DNA of 64,000 bases from Myxococcota bacterium. Its GTDB lineage: Bacteria; Myxococcota; XYA12-FULL-58-9; JABJBS01. Under the pieces are notes generated by a model. The model did not search any database, had not been told where the DNA came from, and saw only the letters and a list, made by a program, of their open reading frames with translations. The DNA is taken from contig JAYZAY010000059.1 of NCBI GenBank assembly GCA_036339465.1, positions 46,471 to 110,470 on the forward strand. The letters run 5' to 3'. The position numbers and the translations under genes were made by a program. Position 1 is the first letter of the stretch. Each line of letters begins with the position of its first letter. Below are positions 18,712-27,594 of this stretch, in pieces.

Positions 18712-20235
18712 ATGCGTGAAGAGGTTTTGGGAGCACTGGGTCTGGGGCTCGAGAATTCTGGCGTTTTGTGCGGAGATTATAGTGAAGCGAATGGCGAGTG
18801 GCTTGAGAGTATTTCGCCCATTGACGGCAAGTTGATTGCCAAGGTTCGCATGGCGTCGGCAGAGGATTATGAAACCGTCGTCCAGAGGGTCCAAGGCAGT
18901 TTTACCGAGTGGAGAATGTTACCAGCGCCTCAGCGTGGTGAGATCATTCGTCAGATTGGGATGAAATTGAGGGAGAAGAAGGAAGCTTTGGGCCGTTTGG
19001 TTGCCTTAGAGGTTGGGAAAATTACGGCTGAAGGCGAAGGCGAAGTCCAAGAGATGATCGATATTGCCGATTACGCTGTAGGACTTTCACGCCAGCTTTA
19101 TGGATTGGATATCAAATCAGAACGGCCTCTACACCGATTGGTGGAACAATGGCATCCGGTAGGACCTATTGGCATTATTTCGGCCTTCAATTTTCCCGTT
19201 GCCGTGTGGGCGTGGAATGCGTTTGTCGCTGGGGTTTGTGGGGATACGATGATTTGGAAGCCTTCGGAGAAAGCATCACTCTGTGCTCTGGCTGTTCAAC
19301 GAATCGCGCAAGAAGTTCTGAGCGAGAATGGTTACGGCGACGTGATGGGGCTGACGGTTGGGACAGCAAACCCCATTGGTGAAACCATGATTCACGATAA
19401 GCGACTGCCGCTGATTTCAGCCACTGGCTCGGTGCGCATGGGGCGCCGTGTGGGTTCGGTTGTAGCTGAGCGATTTGGTAAGTCCTTGTTGGAGCTAGGT
19501 GGCAACAATGCTTTGACGGTGATGGACGATGCGAATCTTGAACTCGCCCTAGGCGGGGTCCTCTTCGGTGCGGTTGGAACAGCCGGCCAAAGGTGCACGA
19601 CGACTCGGCGGTTACTCTTGCAAGAGGGTATTGCCGATGACTTTGTGGCGCGTTTGGTCAAAGCCTACGGTCAAGTACGGATTGGTAACCCTCTGGAATC
19701 CTCAACGCTTATGGGGCCGCTGATCGACACAGATGCAGCACAAGCCTATGAAAAGGCCCTCGTTCAGGCAGTTGAGCAGGGCGGGGAACTTCTCTATGGT
19801 GGTAAGCGACTCACCGGTGAGCAATATCCCGGTGGCGGCTATGTGGAGCCAGCAATCGTTAAGGCCAACCCCGAGATGTTGGTTACTCAAGAAGAGACAT
19901 TTGCTCCAATCCTTTATGTGATGACTTTCAAAAAATTGGAAGAAGCTATCGCGATTCAAAACGGGGTGGAGCAGGGGTTATCGAGTGCTATTTTCACCGA
20001 TTCCCTACGCAATGCGGAAACGTTTGTTTCGGCCATGGGTTCTGACTGTGGTATTGCAAATGTGAATGTAGGTACCAGTGGCGCTGAAATTGGCGGGGCC
20101 TTTGGTGGGGAAAAAGAAACCGGTGGTGGTCGTGAATCTGGTTCAGATTCCTGGAAAGCTTATATGCGCCGACAGACACAGACAGTTAACTACTCAAAAG
20201 AGCTTCCATTAGCTCAAGGGATTCAGTTTGGATGA
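18712..20235 (+). CDS. ALDH7-family aldehyde dehydrogenase (antiquitin / piperideine-6-carboxylate dehydrogenase-like)
   Basis: EGEGEVQEMIDI, SAFNFPVAVWAWN, LELGGNNA, GTAGQRCTT, GSDCGIANVN, GGRESGSDSWKAY and C-terminal LPLAQGI. Confidence 0.93.
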   Translation: MREEVLGALGLGLENSGVLCGDYSEANGEWLESISPIDGKLIAKVRMASAEDYETVVQRVQGSFTEWRMLPAPQRGEIIRQIGMKLREKKEALGRLVALEVGKITAEGEGEVQEMIDIADYAVGLSRQLYGLDIKSERPLHRLVEQWHPVGPIGIISAFNFPVAVWAWNAFVAGVCGDTMIWKPSEKASLCALAVQRIAQEVLSENGYGDVMGLTVGTANPIGETMIHDKRLPLISATGSVRMGRRVGSVVAERFGKSLLELGGNNALTVMDDANLELALGGVLFGAVGTAGQRCTTTRRLLLQEGIADDFVARLVKAYGQVRIGNPLESSTLMGPLIDTDAAQAYEKALVQAVEQGGELLYGGKRLTGEQYPGGGYVEPAIVKANPEMLVTQEETFAPILYVMTFKKLEEAIAIQNGVEQGLSSAIFTDSLRNAETFVSAMGSDCGIANVNVGTSGAEIGGAFGGEKETGGGRESGSDSWKAYMRRQTQTVNYSKELPLAQGIQFG

Positions 20236-21416
20236 ACGATATTCCCAACATCGAACAACTCGCTCTGAGTGGACGTAATGTGTTTTTACGCCTTGATTTG
20301 AATGCCCCGATTCGAGACGGCATCGTCACCAGTGATGCTCGTTTGAAAGCGGCCATTCCCTCTATCAAGTATGCAATGGAACAAGGAGCTCAAGTCGCTT
20401 TAGGGTCTCATTTGGGCCGACCCAAAGGAAAGCGGAACCCGGATTTCTCTTTAGAGCCGATTGGGCAAAGGTTGTCGGAGTTGCTCGAGACCGATGTTGC
20501 TTTAGCGGATTCATGTATTGGCGACGGTGTTGCCGGTTTGTTGAAGCAGGTGACTCATGGTGTCGTTCTTCTGGAGAATCTTAGATTTCATGCCGGTGAA
20601 ACCGGCAATGATTCCAATTTTGCTAGGGAGCTGGCACGTCCTTTTGACGTGTATGTGAATGATGCTTTTGGGGCGTCGCATCGCTCCCATGCTTCCATTG
20701 TTGGCATGCCGCGGCACCTAACCGAAACTGGAGCCGGATTCCTGGTTTCACGCGAGGTGAAAGCTTTGAATAAGCTTCTCCACGAGCCAGCCCGACCTTT
20801 TGTCGCAGTTGTGGGAGGTGCAAAAGTTTTCGACAAACTGGGTGTACTGAATGCTCTGCTTCAAAGAGTTGACACGCTTTGCATAGGTGGGGCAATGGCC
20901 TATACGTTTATGAGAGCCAGTGGTGTGTCTGTGGGGTCTTCCATGGTTGAAGAGGATTGTCTCCGCTTGGCCACGGATGTACTTGGGAGGGCCCGAATGA
21001 GAGGCGTGAAGATCCTCTTGCCCGTGGACCATGTGGTGGCCGACCATTTTGGTGAAGATGCTTCTGCCAAGGTCTTGCCTGAAGCGGCTATCGCAGCGGG
21101 GTGGATGGGGCTAGACATTGGGCCGGATACCTGTGCGCTTTATGGAGAGCAAATTGCGGGAGCTGGTTCTGTCTTTTGGAATGGTCCTATGGGTGTTTTT
21201 GAGTGGCGCCAATTTTCGAAGGGGACCATGTCCTTGGCGGCTGCGTTGTCCAATTGCAGTGGTTACACCGTGGTTGGTGGTGGTGATTCTGTCGCAGCGG
21301 TTGAAAAGGCGGATATTGTTTCAAAGATAGATCACGTATCCACTGGTGGTGGTGCGAGTCTTGAATTTTTGGAGCACGGTAATTTACCCGGTATTGACGT
21401 CCTAAGCCGTGGTTAG
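20232..21416 (+). CDS. pgk: Phosphoglycerate kinase
   Basis: RLDLNAP, SHLGRPKG, LLENLRF, NDAFGASHR, GGAKV, WNGPMGVFE, STGGGASLE. Confidence 0.98.
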   Translation: MNDIPNIEQLALSGRNVFLRLDLNAPIRDGIVTSDARLKAAIPSIKYAMEQGAQVALGSHLGRPKGKRNPDFSLEPIGQRLSELLETDVALADSCIGDGVAGLLKQVTHGVVLLENLRFHAGETGNDSNFARELARPFDVYVNDAFGASHRSHASIVGMPRHLTETGAGFLVSREVKALNKLLHEPARPFVAVVGGAKVFDKLGVLNALLQRVDTLCIGGAMAYTFMRASGVSVGSSMVEEDCLRLATDVLGRARMRGVKILLPVDHVVADHFGEDASAKVLPEAAIAAGWMGLDIGPDTCALYGEQIAGAGSVFWNGPMGVFEWRQFSKGTMSLAAALSNCSGYTVVGGGDSVAAVEKADIVSKIDHVSTGGGASLEFLEHGNLPGIDVLSRG

Positions 21417-21613
21417 CACGACCCTGAGCTTGAATGCTGCCATTTATCGTTTCTATTAAAATCCATGCCTTAATTATCTGTTCTATGGGTGTGCCCTTCT
21501 TTCGGCGAAATCTAGTGGGTTGGACTTGAAGTGGTTCCAGGGATCGGTTTAGGAGCCTTCTGGTGGGGCGTTGATGGATTGTTCAATCCTTTTTGAATGT
21601 GGAGGTGCTCATC

Positions 21614-22369
21614 ATGGGACAGAAGCGTTATTTGTTTGCCGGTAATTGGAAGATGCATAAAACTTCGGCTGAGGCAGCCGAAACGGGCCGAGAGTTAATG
21701 AATGTTGTCTCCAGATTCCGAGACCGGGACATTGCAATTTTTCCACCTTATCTGGCTTTAGAGGCCCTGATCAAAGTTTTCGACGGTTCTCACTTGGAAG
21801 TGGGGGCGCAGAATATGCACCAGGAGCTTAAGGGAGCCTATACAGGAGAAATAGCCGCTCCCATGCTGTCGGCTCTCGGATGCCATCGGGTGTTGATTGG
21901 CCATTCCGAGAGACGAGAATATTTCAATGAGACCGATGCGTCGGTGGCCCAGAAGCTTAAATTGGCCCTTGACCACGGATTGAGACCGATTCTATGTATT
22001 GGTGAAAAACTTGAGGATCGAGAAGCCGGTCGTACAAACGAGCTGGTGGGTGGCCAATTAGAGGCGGCCATAGCTCAATTATCCCTTGAAGAGTTGGCGA
22101 AGGTCGATGTGGCTTATGAACCGGTTTGGGCCATTGGGACGGGGAAAGTTGCGAGCCCCCAACAGGCGCAAGAGGTTCATGCCATATTACGAGAACGGCT
22201 CAGATACCGAGATCGTACCCTCGCGGAATCCATGAGAATCGTTTACGGCGGTAGTGTTAAGCCAGACAATGCGGCGGAGTTGATGAACAAAGACGACGTT
22301 GATGGTGCCTTGGTCGGGGGAGCCAGTCTCAAGGCAGAGTCATTTAAGGCCATTATCGAATCAATTTGA
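21614..22369 (+). CDS. tpiA: Triosephosphate isomerase
   Basis: AGNWKM, GHSERR, AYEPVWAIGTG, YGGSVKP, LVGGASL; ATG 21614 with GGAGGT SD. Confidence 0.98.
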   Translation: MGQKRYLFAGNWKMHKTSAEAAETGRELMNVVSRFRDRDIAIFPPYLALEALIKVFDGSHLEVGAQNMHQELKGAYTGEIAAPMLSALGCHRVLIGHSERREYFNETDASVAQKLKLALDHGLRPILCIGEKLEDREAGRTNELVGGQLEAAIAQLSLEELAKVDVAYEPVWAIGTGKVASPQQAQEVHAILRERLRYRDRTLAESMRIVYGGSVKPDNAAELMNKDDVDGALVGGASLKAESFKAIIESI

Positions 22370-22468
22370 TACTTAACTGGGCGTGACTCGAAACCTCAGG
22401 CGGCAGCCAACGAGTTTGGTGGTAGAACACCTCGTTTTGCGCGCCCGATGGTCATTTGCGAAGGCGTG

Positions 22469-22924
22469 TTATTCTGTTTTGGGCGCTTGTTCCGCGTTTG
22501 GCGCTTCAGTATTTGGTGCTCCTGTTGCAGCGTCCTCGGCTTTGGCGGGGGCCTCCACCTCCGCTTTTGGAGTTTCGGCTGAAGTGTCTTCACCGTCTGC
22601 TTTTGGTGTCTCTGTGTCAGCGGCAGGTTCATCCTTTATTGCACTGGCAGTCTCTTTGGCTTTTGCTGACTTAACCAAAGAATCCTGGGTTGAAGAACTC
22701 ATGATTGACAAGCCCAGGGACGTGAGAAAAAATATGATCGCTGAGCCTGTGGTTACCTTGCTGAGAAAGTCGCCGGCCCCTCGGCCACCAAAGACTTGAG
22801 CGCCCGCGCCACCAAAGGCGGCGCCCATTCCACCACCCTTTCCGGATTGCAGTAAGATAGCGAGTATCAGCAAGATACAGACAAAAATATGAGCAATATA
22901 AAGGAGGGTCTCTAGGACTTCCAT
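22469..22924 (-). CDS. secG: Preprotein translocase subunit SecG
   Basis: LILAILLQSGKGGGMGAAFGG...VFGGRGAGDFLSKVT, followed by an acidic Ala/Pro-rich tail. Confidence 0.95.
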   Translation of the reverse strand: MEVLETLLYIAHIFVCILLILAILLQSGKGGGMGAAFGGAGAQVFGGRGAGDFLSKVTTGSAIIFFLTSLGLSIMSSSTQDSLVKSAKAKETASAIKDEPAADTETPKADGEDTSAETPKAEVEAPAKAEDAATGAPNTEAPNAEQAPKTE

Positions 22925-22978
22925 TCGGCCACCCTATTGTGTTGAGGAATAATCGAGCAGGTTTCTTAAGTTACCGCT

Positions 22979-23065
22979 TGGTGCGGCGGGGGAGACTCGA
23001 ACTCCCACAGTATTGCTACCGCCAGCCCCTCAAGCTGGTGCGTCTACCAATTCCGCCACCGCCGC
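22979..23065 (-). tRNA. tRNA-Leu(GAG)
   Basis: Reverse complement GCGGCGGTGGCGGAATTGGTAGACGCACCAGCTTGAGGGGCTGG...GTTCGAGTCTCCCCCGCCGCACCA: 87 nt, anticodon stem CCAGC/GCTGG around TT-GAG-GG, long variable arm, encoded CCA. Confidence 0.97.
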
Positions 23066-23077
23066 AAAAGCGGACTG

Positions 23078-23106
23078 GGTCTACCAAGTGAGCATAATCC
23101 TGTCAA
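23078..23106 (-). promoter_or_regulatory. sigma70-like promoter for tRNA-Leu and secG
   Basis: Minus strand TTGACA (23106-23101), 17-nt spacer, TAGACC (23083-23078) with TG extension, ending 12 nt before the tRNA 5' end. Confidence 0.65.
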
Positions 23107-23199
23107 TTATTCCTGCAAAAAACCTCGTGATTCTCTCGTTGTTGAGATCTGCTCTCTGCGTAGAGATTTGTCGACACACTCCCTAGAAATCAGTAGGAT

Positions 23200-24543
23200 G
23201 TGTTTACAAGGAGTTTCGTGGGACTAAGGCTCAAAATTGGCTTGGTGATTGTTGGCTGTGTGGCGGTGCTCCAGTTTTTGGTGACCCACTTTCGTGTGGA
23301 GACCGAGCGCGAGATTATCCGCCAGGAGTTGGTTGAGCGGGGGACTGCACTTCTACAAGTCCTTGCTCTTCCCTACGGCATTGCTTTGGCCAATGAGGAT
23401 AATCCGACCCTCGATACCTACATCGCCAATTTAGTGGATTCACAGGATGCTTTAGAGTTGGAGTTTCTTTCGGTGCTCGACAACAATGATCGGGTGGTGG
23501 CGCATACCGGCGCCTCCCAAAGAGGGACGCAGCTCAATACACAGTGGCTAGGCCAGCACGCACAAGGGCAAGGTCCAAAATGGCGTCTCCATTTTGCGGG
23601 GAATCAAGAAATTATAGAGATCGCCGTACCGGTGGTGCGTGGTCTTCGTTTCGGTACTTTGGTCGCGGGTTTTTCCTTGGTGCAGTCAGAAGCTAAGCTT
23701 GAAGGCAGAAAGACCCTGGCCCTTCTCAGTGGACTTTTGGTGGCGGTTTTTACGGGCACTGTTGTGTTTAAGGTGCTTTCGTTCATGGTCGTAAACCCCG
23801 TTTTACAAATGCAGCAAATGGCGCGACGATTTGCTGATGGTATTCATGACGTTCGGGCTATTGAGTGTCCGGGGGGTGGAGAATTGGGGGCGTTGGCCAA
23901 GGAGCTCAATTCCATGGCCGATGAAATCCAGACGTATTCGACAAATATGGAGAACTTGCTGATGACGCGGACCACCGAATTGGTGGACTCGAACCTGAAA
24001 ATTCGGGATGCCAATGTTCAATTGGAGCAATTGGCGCGAACAGATCCCTTGACGGGTTTATCCAACCGCCGACACTTTATGGAGCAATTTCAATTTGAGA
24101 TTGCCAGGGGTTCGCGGACACCTCATAATTTCACCCTCATTCTACTCGATGTGGATTGTTTCAAGCACTACAACGACACCCACGGACACCCCGCAGGCGA
24201 TGCTCTTCTGGTTCGTTTGGGGAAGGTATTTCAGGGGTGTTTTAGGAACACCGACGTTATCGGTCGTTATGGAGGCGAAGAGTTTGGGGTGATGTTGCTG
24301 GATACGCCACCCAAAGACGGGTCTTTGCTGGCGGAACAACTCCGCAAGACCGTAGAAGAAGTACAATTTGACAATGAAGACAGCCAGCCAAATGGTAAAT
24401 TGACGATCAGCGCCGGCGTTGCGTTCTACCCCAGTGATGGAAGTGAGGTTCGTGATTTGCTTGCTCGCGCAGACCAAGCTCTTTATGCCTCAAAAAACTC
24501 AGGCCGAAATCTGGTAACGCTTTGGACAGAAATAGTGACGTAG
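23200..24543 (+). CDS. Diguanylate cyclase (TM, periplasmic sensor, HAMP, GGDEF)
   Basis: Two TMs, HAMP (GELGALAKELNSMA), DPLTG, DVDCFKHYNDTHGH, RNTD I-site, RYGGEEF. Confidence 0.95.
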   Translation: MFTRSFVGLRLKIGLVIVGCVAVLQFLVTHFRVETEREIIRQELVERGTALLQVLALPYGIALANEDNPTLDTYIANLVDSQDALELEFLSVLDNNDRVVAHTGASQRGTQLNTQWLGQHAQGQGPKWRLHFAGNQEIIEIAVPVVRGLRFGTLVAGFSLVQSEAKLEGRKTLALLSGLLVAVFTGTVVFKVLSFMVVNPVLQMQQMARRFADGIHDVRAIECPGGGELGALAKELNSMADEIQTYSTNMENLLMTRTTELVDSNLKIRDANVQLEQLARTDPLTGLSNRRHFMEQFQFEIARGSRTPHNFTLILLDVDCFKHYNDTHGHPAGDALLVRLGKVFQGCFRNTDVIGRYGGEEFGVMLLDTPPKDGSLLAEQLRKTVEEVQFDNEDSQPNGKLTISAGVAFYPSDGSEVRDLLARADQALYASKNSGRNLVTLWTEIVT

Positions 24544-25156
24544 AAACAGGGCCAAGCTCCTAGGCATTCATAACCAGGACAGATTCAAAGGAATGCATCC
24601 TGAGGAGCGGAAGGTAGATGGAGTCAAAAGCCAGATTTATCGTCTTGATAACTGCTATTTTCTTTGGCGCTCTTTCGATGGGGCGAGAGTGAGGGGCGTT
24701 TGTGCTGGTCCCGTAGAAATAGGTGCGACAAGAAGTCTCTCCTGCCAACCAGACCCATGGGTCGGTTGCGTTTGTTAAGAAACCGTCGATGCTTTGATTT
24801 GCTTCATCTTCCTTGGTTGCGGGGGAACCCGGGCTTGAAGAATTTCTGGGTGTTTGTCAGAAAATAGCGGAGCCACCCGGACCGCCTGCCAAAGTTAAGG
24901 GATACGGGAAATATGAGAATATTGCCGGGTGGGCTGTTTTCGGGATCGAAATCTCCACGGTTGAGAGGAGATGTCGATTGCACAATACCCACAATGTGAA
25001 TGGTTTCTCCATGGGCGGCGATTCAGAACATGATGATGTACGGCGCGTGTTGAATAATGACAAATATTGAGTTAATAGTGTAGCAGAGAGCGGCGCGCAT
25101 GAGAAAGCGATGCCTTCATTTGATGGCTGTATTTTGATCGGAAGGATGAGATTACC

Positions 25157-25447
25157 ATGGCAACAATGATTACCGAAGAGTGTATTAATTGTGGGGCATG
25201 TGAGCCTGAATGTCCCAACGAGGCGATTCGAGAAGGCGACGAAGTTTATGTCATTGATCCCATGAAATGCACAGAGTGCGTAGGGCATTTTGAGGAAGAA
25301 CAATGCGCTGCGGTTTGTCCTGTGGATTGTTGTGTGACAGATCCGAATAATGAAGAAGCTGAAGCGCCTCTTTTGGGAAGAGCGAAGGCCCTTCACCCTG
25401 ATCGGGAGTTTGCGGAAGATTTTCCATCTCGCTTTAAGGCTTCTTAG
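25157..25447 (+). CDS. YfhL-family 2x[4Fe-4S] ferredoxin
   Basis: CINCGACEPECP and CTECVGH...QCAAVCP. Confidence 0.95.
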   Translation: MATMITEECINCGACEPECPNEAIREGDEVYVIDPMKCTECVGHFEEEQCAAVCPVDCCVTDPNNEEAEAPLLGRAKALHPDREFAEDFPSRFKAS

Positions 25448-25465
25448 GGAGTTTGCGGAAGATTT
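25404..25465. repeat. 19-bp direct repeat at the ferredoxin 3' end
   Basis: GGGAGTTTGCGGAAGATTT at 25404-25422 and 25447-25465. Confidence 0.9.
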
Positions 25466-25486
25466 CTTGATGGTCGTTAGGCTGTG

Positions 25487-26116
25487 CTAGAGAGGTCTGG
25501 CAAACTGCATCACGAGTTTTCCAGCCGGGAATGAATTAATTTTGCCAAGAATGTCATCCTGAGACACATTTTTCGTGACGGGCCATTTAAACGTGATTCG
25601 TTTGGGGCCCCCTAGAAAATATCCGACCACCCCAACCAATCCATTTTTTTCGACTGTTTCGACCAGGCCTACTTGGTGCATCTTTTGAGAAGCAGATACT
25701 TTTTCTGCAAAAAAGACGAGATCTGCGGGTTGGGGCGTGTTCCTATGAAAACTTCGTCTCACTTTGGTTGAACGGTAGAGGATTTCCATACCCTTCAGAG
25801 ATTTTTGTTCGTATAGATTTTCGTCGAAGAGGTCGATGCCTGCTTGCCAGTATGCGGCGCGAACAAAGCCGATGGGATTAGCCTCAAAAATATAACCATT
25901 GGCTTTGGGGTTTTTTCCGTCCATGAATTCTTGGGCCGCGCCTAGGATATTTTTTCTCAATTGGGCGGGACTGTTTTTACCTAGGTGCTCCTTGAGCATA
26001 ACCAGGGGGCCGTCAGCTCGGCTTAGAGCTCGTGTGCTGCTGGGGCCGGCACAGCTTATCGCCAAGAGGATAAGACTAAGAATATAGTAAGGGAATCGAG
26101 GGTTTAGCATGGGCAT
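25487..26116 (-). CDS. Lipoprotein with degenerate NlpC/P60-like domain
   Basis: Lipobox LAISC; ANPIGFVRAAYWQAGIDL, PQPADLVFF and HQVGLV align to the NlpC/P60 DCSGFV / PGDLVFF / HVGI motifs. Confidence 0.65.
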   Translation of the reverse strand: MPMLNPRFPYYILSLILLAISCAGPSSTRALSRADGPLVMLKEHLGKNSPAQLRKNILGAAQEFMDGKNPKANGYIFEANPIGFVRAAYWQAGIDLFDENLYEQKSLKGMEILYRSTKVRRSFHRNTPQPADLVFFAEKVSASQKMHQVGLVETVEKNGLVGVVGYFLGGPKRITFKWPVTKNVSQDDILGKINSFPAGKLVMQFARPL

Positions 26117-26129
26117 TTTCTATCTTGTT

Positions 26130-26777
26130 TTATGGTTTAGGCAAATCTTTGGCCGTGCGGAGGTTTTCGGGGCATATTTCCACGGGTTGATACTGACCTT
26201 CGAGACTGTTCTTCTCTGTGGTTATGGGCGTGGGGTGATGCATGGCGACTGTGGGATTTAGAATGTGAAGAGATGTTCGAGATTGCATTTTGGCCACCAC
26301 CTTAGGGGTATAAAAGTAACTGCAGTTGGGCAGTACTTTGGGTTGGCCCCTATCCGGGGGTAGGGGATAGCGTCGGCAGAGTAGTGGACGGCGCCAGTAG
26401 ATGCTGCAAGAGCCATCATTTCGCAGGTGGCCACACTTAAAAACAATTTCGCGATTGGGTCCCCGATAGTTGACAGAAAAATTGTGCGCCAATTTATGGA
26501 AGCCGACGTAGATGCGTAATCCCAGGCCTTGGGTGAGTATTTTTGGGGGAGTGCTTACGATGTGTTCGCAACAATCTCCACAACGTTGGCACAGACCTTC
26601 TTGGATAAAGTCTCCCCCTGTCGGATGATAGAGTATTTTTTCGGTGGTTACTTGGAAGTGGGCCAAGAGGGTTTGTACCACTGCCCAAGCCAATCTCATT
26701 GTGGGGAAGCGAAAGAGTATCTCCAGGCAGAAGGCTAGGCTCAGAGCTTGGAAAAGGCTGATGTGGGTCATGTCCAT
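26130..26777 (-). CDS. YkgJ-family CxxCxxCC cysteine-cluster protein
   Basis: CQRCGDCC and CGHL...CSIYWRRPLLCRRYP. Confidence 0.85.
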   Translation of the reverse strand: MDMTHISLFQALSLAFCLEILFRFPTMRLAWAVVQTLLAHFQVTTEKILYHPTGGDFIQEGLCQRCGDCCEHIVSTPPKILTQGLGLRIYVGFHKLAHNFSVNYRGPNREIVFKCGHLRNDGSCSIYWRRPLLCRRYPLPPDRGQPKVLPNCSYFYTPKVVAKMQSRTSLHILNPTVAMHHPTPITTEKNSLEGQYQPVEICPENLRTAKDLPKP

Positions 26778-26784
26778 TGGTGGT

Positions 26785-27561
26785 TTATCTCGATTGCGGT
26801 GCTTTGCGTAGTAGAACCAGTAGCGCGCCTGTGCCGCCTAATTGAGTGGGGGCACTGGTGAAGGCCAATGATTGAGCACCTAATTTTTCTTTACTTAGCC
26901 ACTCTGGGACGTGGTCACGAAGTCTTCCATGGGAAAATTCTGAGTGTTGTCCTTTGCCGGTGATAATCAGAACGCAGCGCTCGCCGTCGCGTCTGGCGTC
27001 GAAGAGAAACCGTTGAAGCAGGCGAAATGCTTCGCTTAGGGTGAAGCCATGGAGGTCAAGTTTCCGGTTGACGGGCCACCGGCCCTTTTCCAGGTCGTCT
27101 AAGAGTTGTTGATTCACGCCATTTGCTCTCCCCGAAATTTTGTCGTCTTCAGATTCAATTTCCCATGTTCTCTCTTTTTCAACCAAAGCTTGCAGTTGAG
27201 CGACCACCATCGCGTTTTCATTTTCGACATACTGACCCGCTTTGGATTTATTTATTTTTTCCAGGCGGCCTTCGATGGGGCTCGTGCCTATGATCGCAGA
27301 TAAAAAGAGAGAGGTTTCATTGGGGGCCACTGGGAGTTCTTCTGGTTGGTTTTTGGGAGTAGAAACCTGTTGACTTGATTTTGTCGCAGATTTTGTCGCA
27401 GATGTTATCGTTTTCTTTGGGCCTTCTACTTTAGCGTCTCTAGAGGTATTCTCTTTTTGAGATGGCAATTTGAGGTTTGCAAAGGGCCGATTGAATGGGG
27501 CCAACCCCGTTTTGTCTGAGGGTGGAGATGAGGATGATGAACGCTTTTTCTTCTTTGCCAT
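26785..27561 (-). CDS. Smr-domain protein
   Basis: LDLHGFT...ERCVLIITGKGQHS...GGTGALLVLLRK. Confidence 0.93.
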   Translation of the reverse strand: MAKKKKRSSSSSPPSDKTGLAPFNRPFANLKLPSQKENTSRDAKVEGPKKTITSATKSATKSSQQVSTPKNQPEELPVAPNETSLFLSAIIGTSPIEGRLEKINKSKAGQYVENENAMVVAQLQALVEKERTWEIESEDDKISGRANGVNQQLLDDLEKGRWPVNRKLDLHGFTLSEAFRLLQRFLFDARRDGERCVLIITGKGQHSEFSHGRLRDHVPEWLSKEKLGAQSLAFTSAPTQLGGTGALLVLLRKAPQSR

Positions 27562-27594
27562 GCTCTTGTTGCTCTCATTTGATCCGACGACCCG

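Noticed and set aside
18559..18894. 111-aa minus-strand ORF containing repeated QMRCLTIL
   Set aside because: Antisense to the ALDH start; the peptide repeat only reflects the 24-bp DNA duplication.
22979..24543. tRNA-Leu as an integration site for an island
   Set aside because: No integrase and no duplicated tRNA 3' end seen; secG directly follows the tRNA.
24560..25396. Selenoprotein or read-through at the in-frame TGA 24857-24859
   Set aside because: No redox-motif context or recognisable SECIS; the upstream part is antisense to the ferredoxin gene.
27377..27403. 12-bp tandem repeat in the Smr gene (SATK-SATK)
   Set aside because: In-frame low-complexity linker expansion; common.
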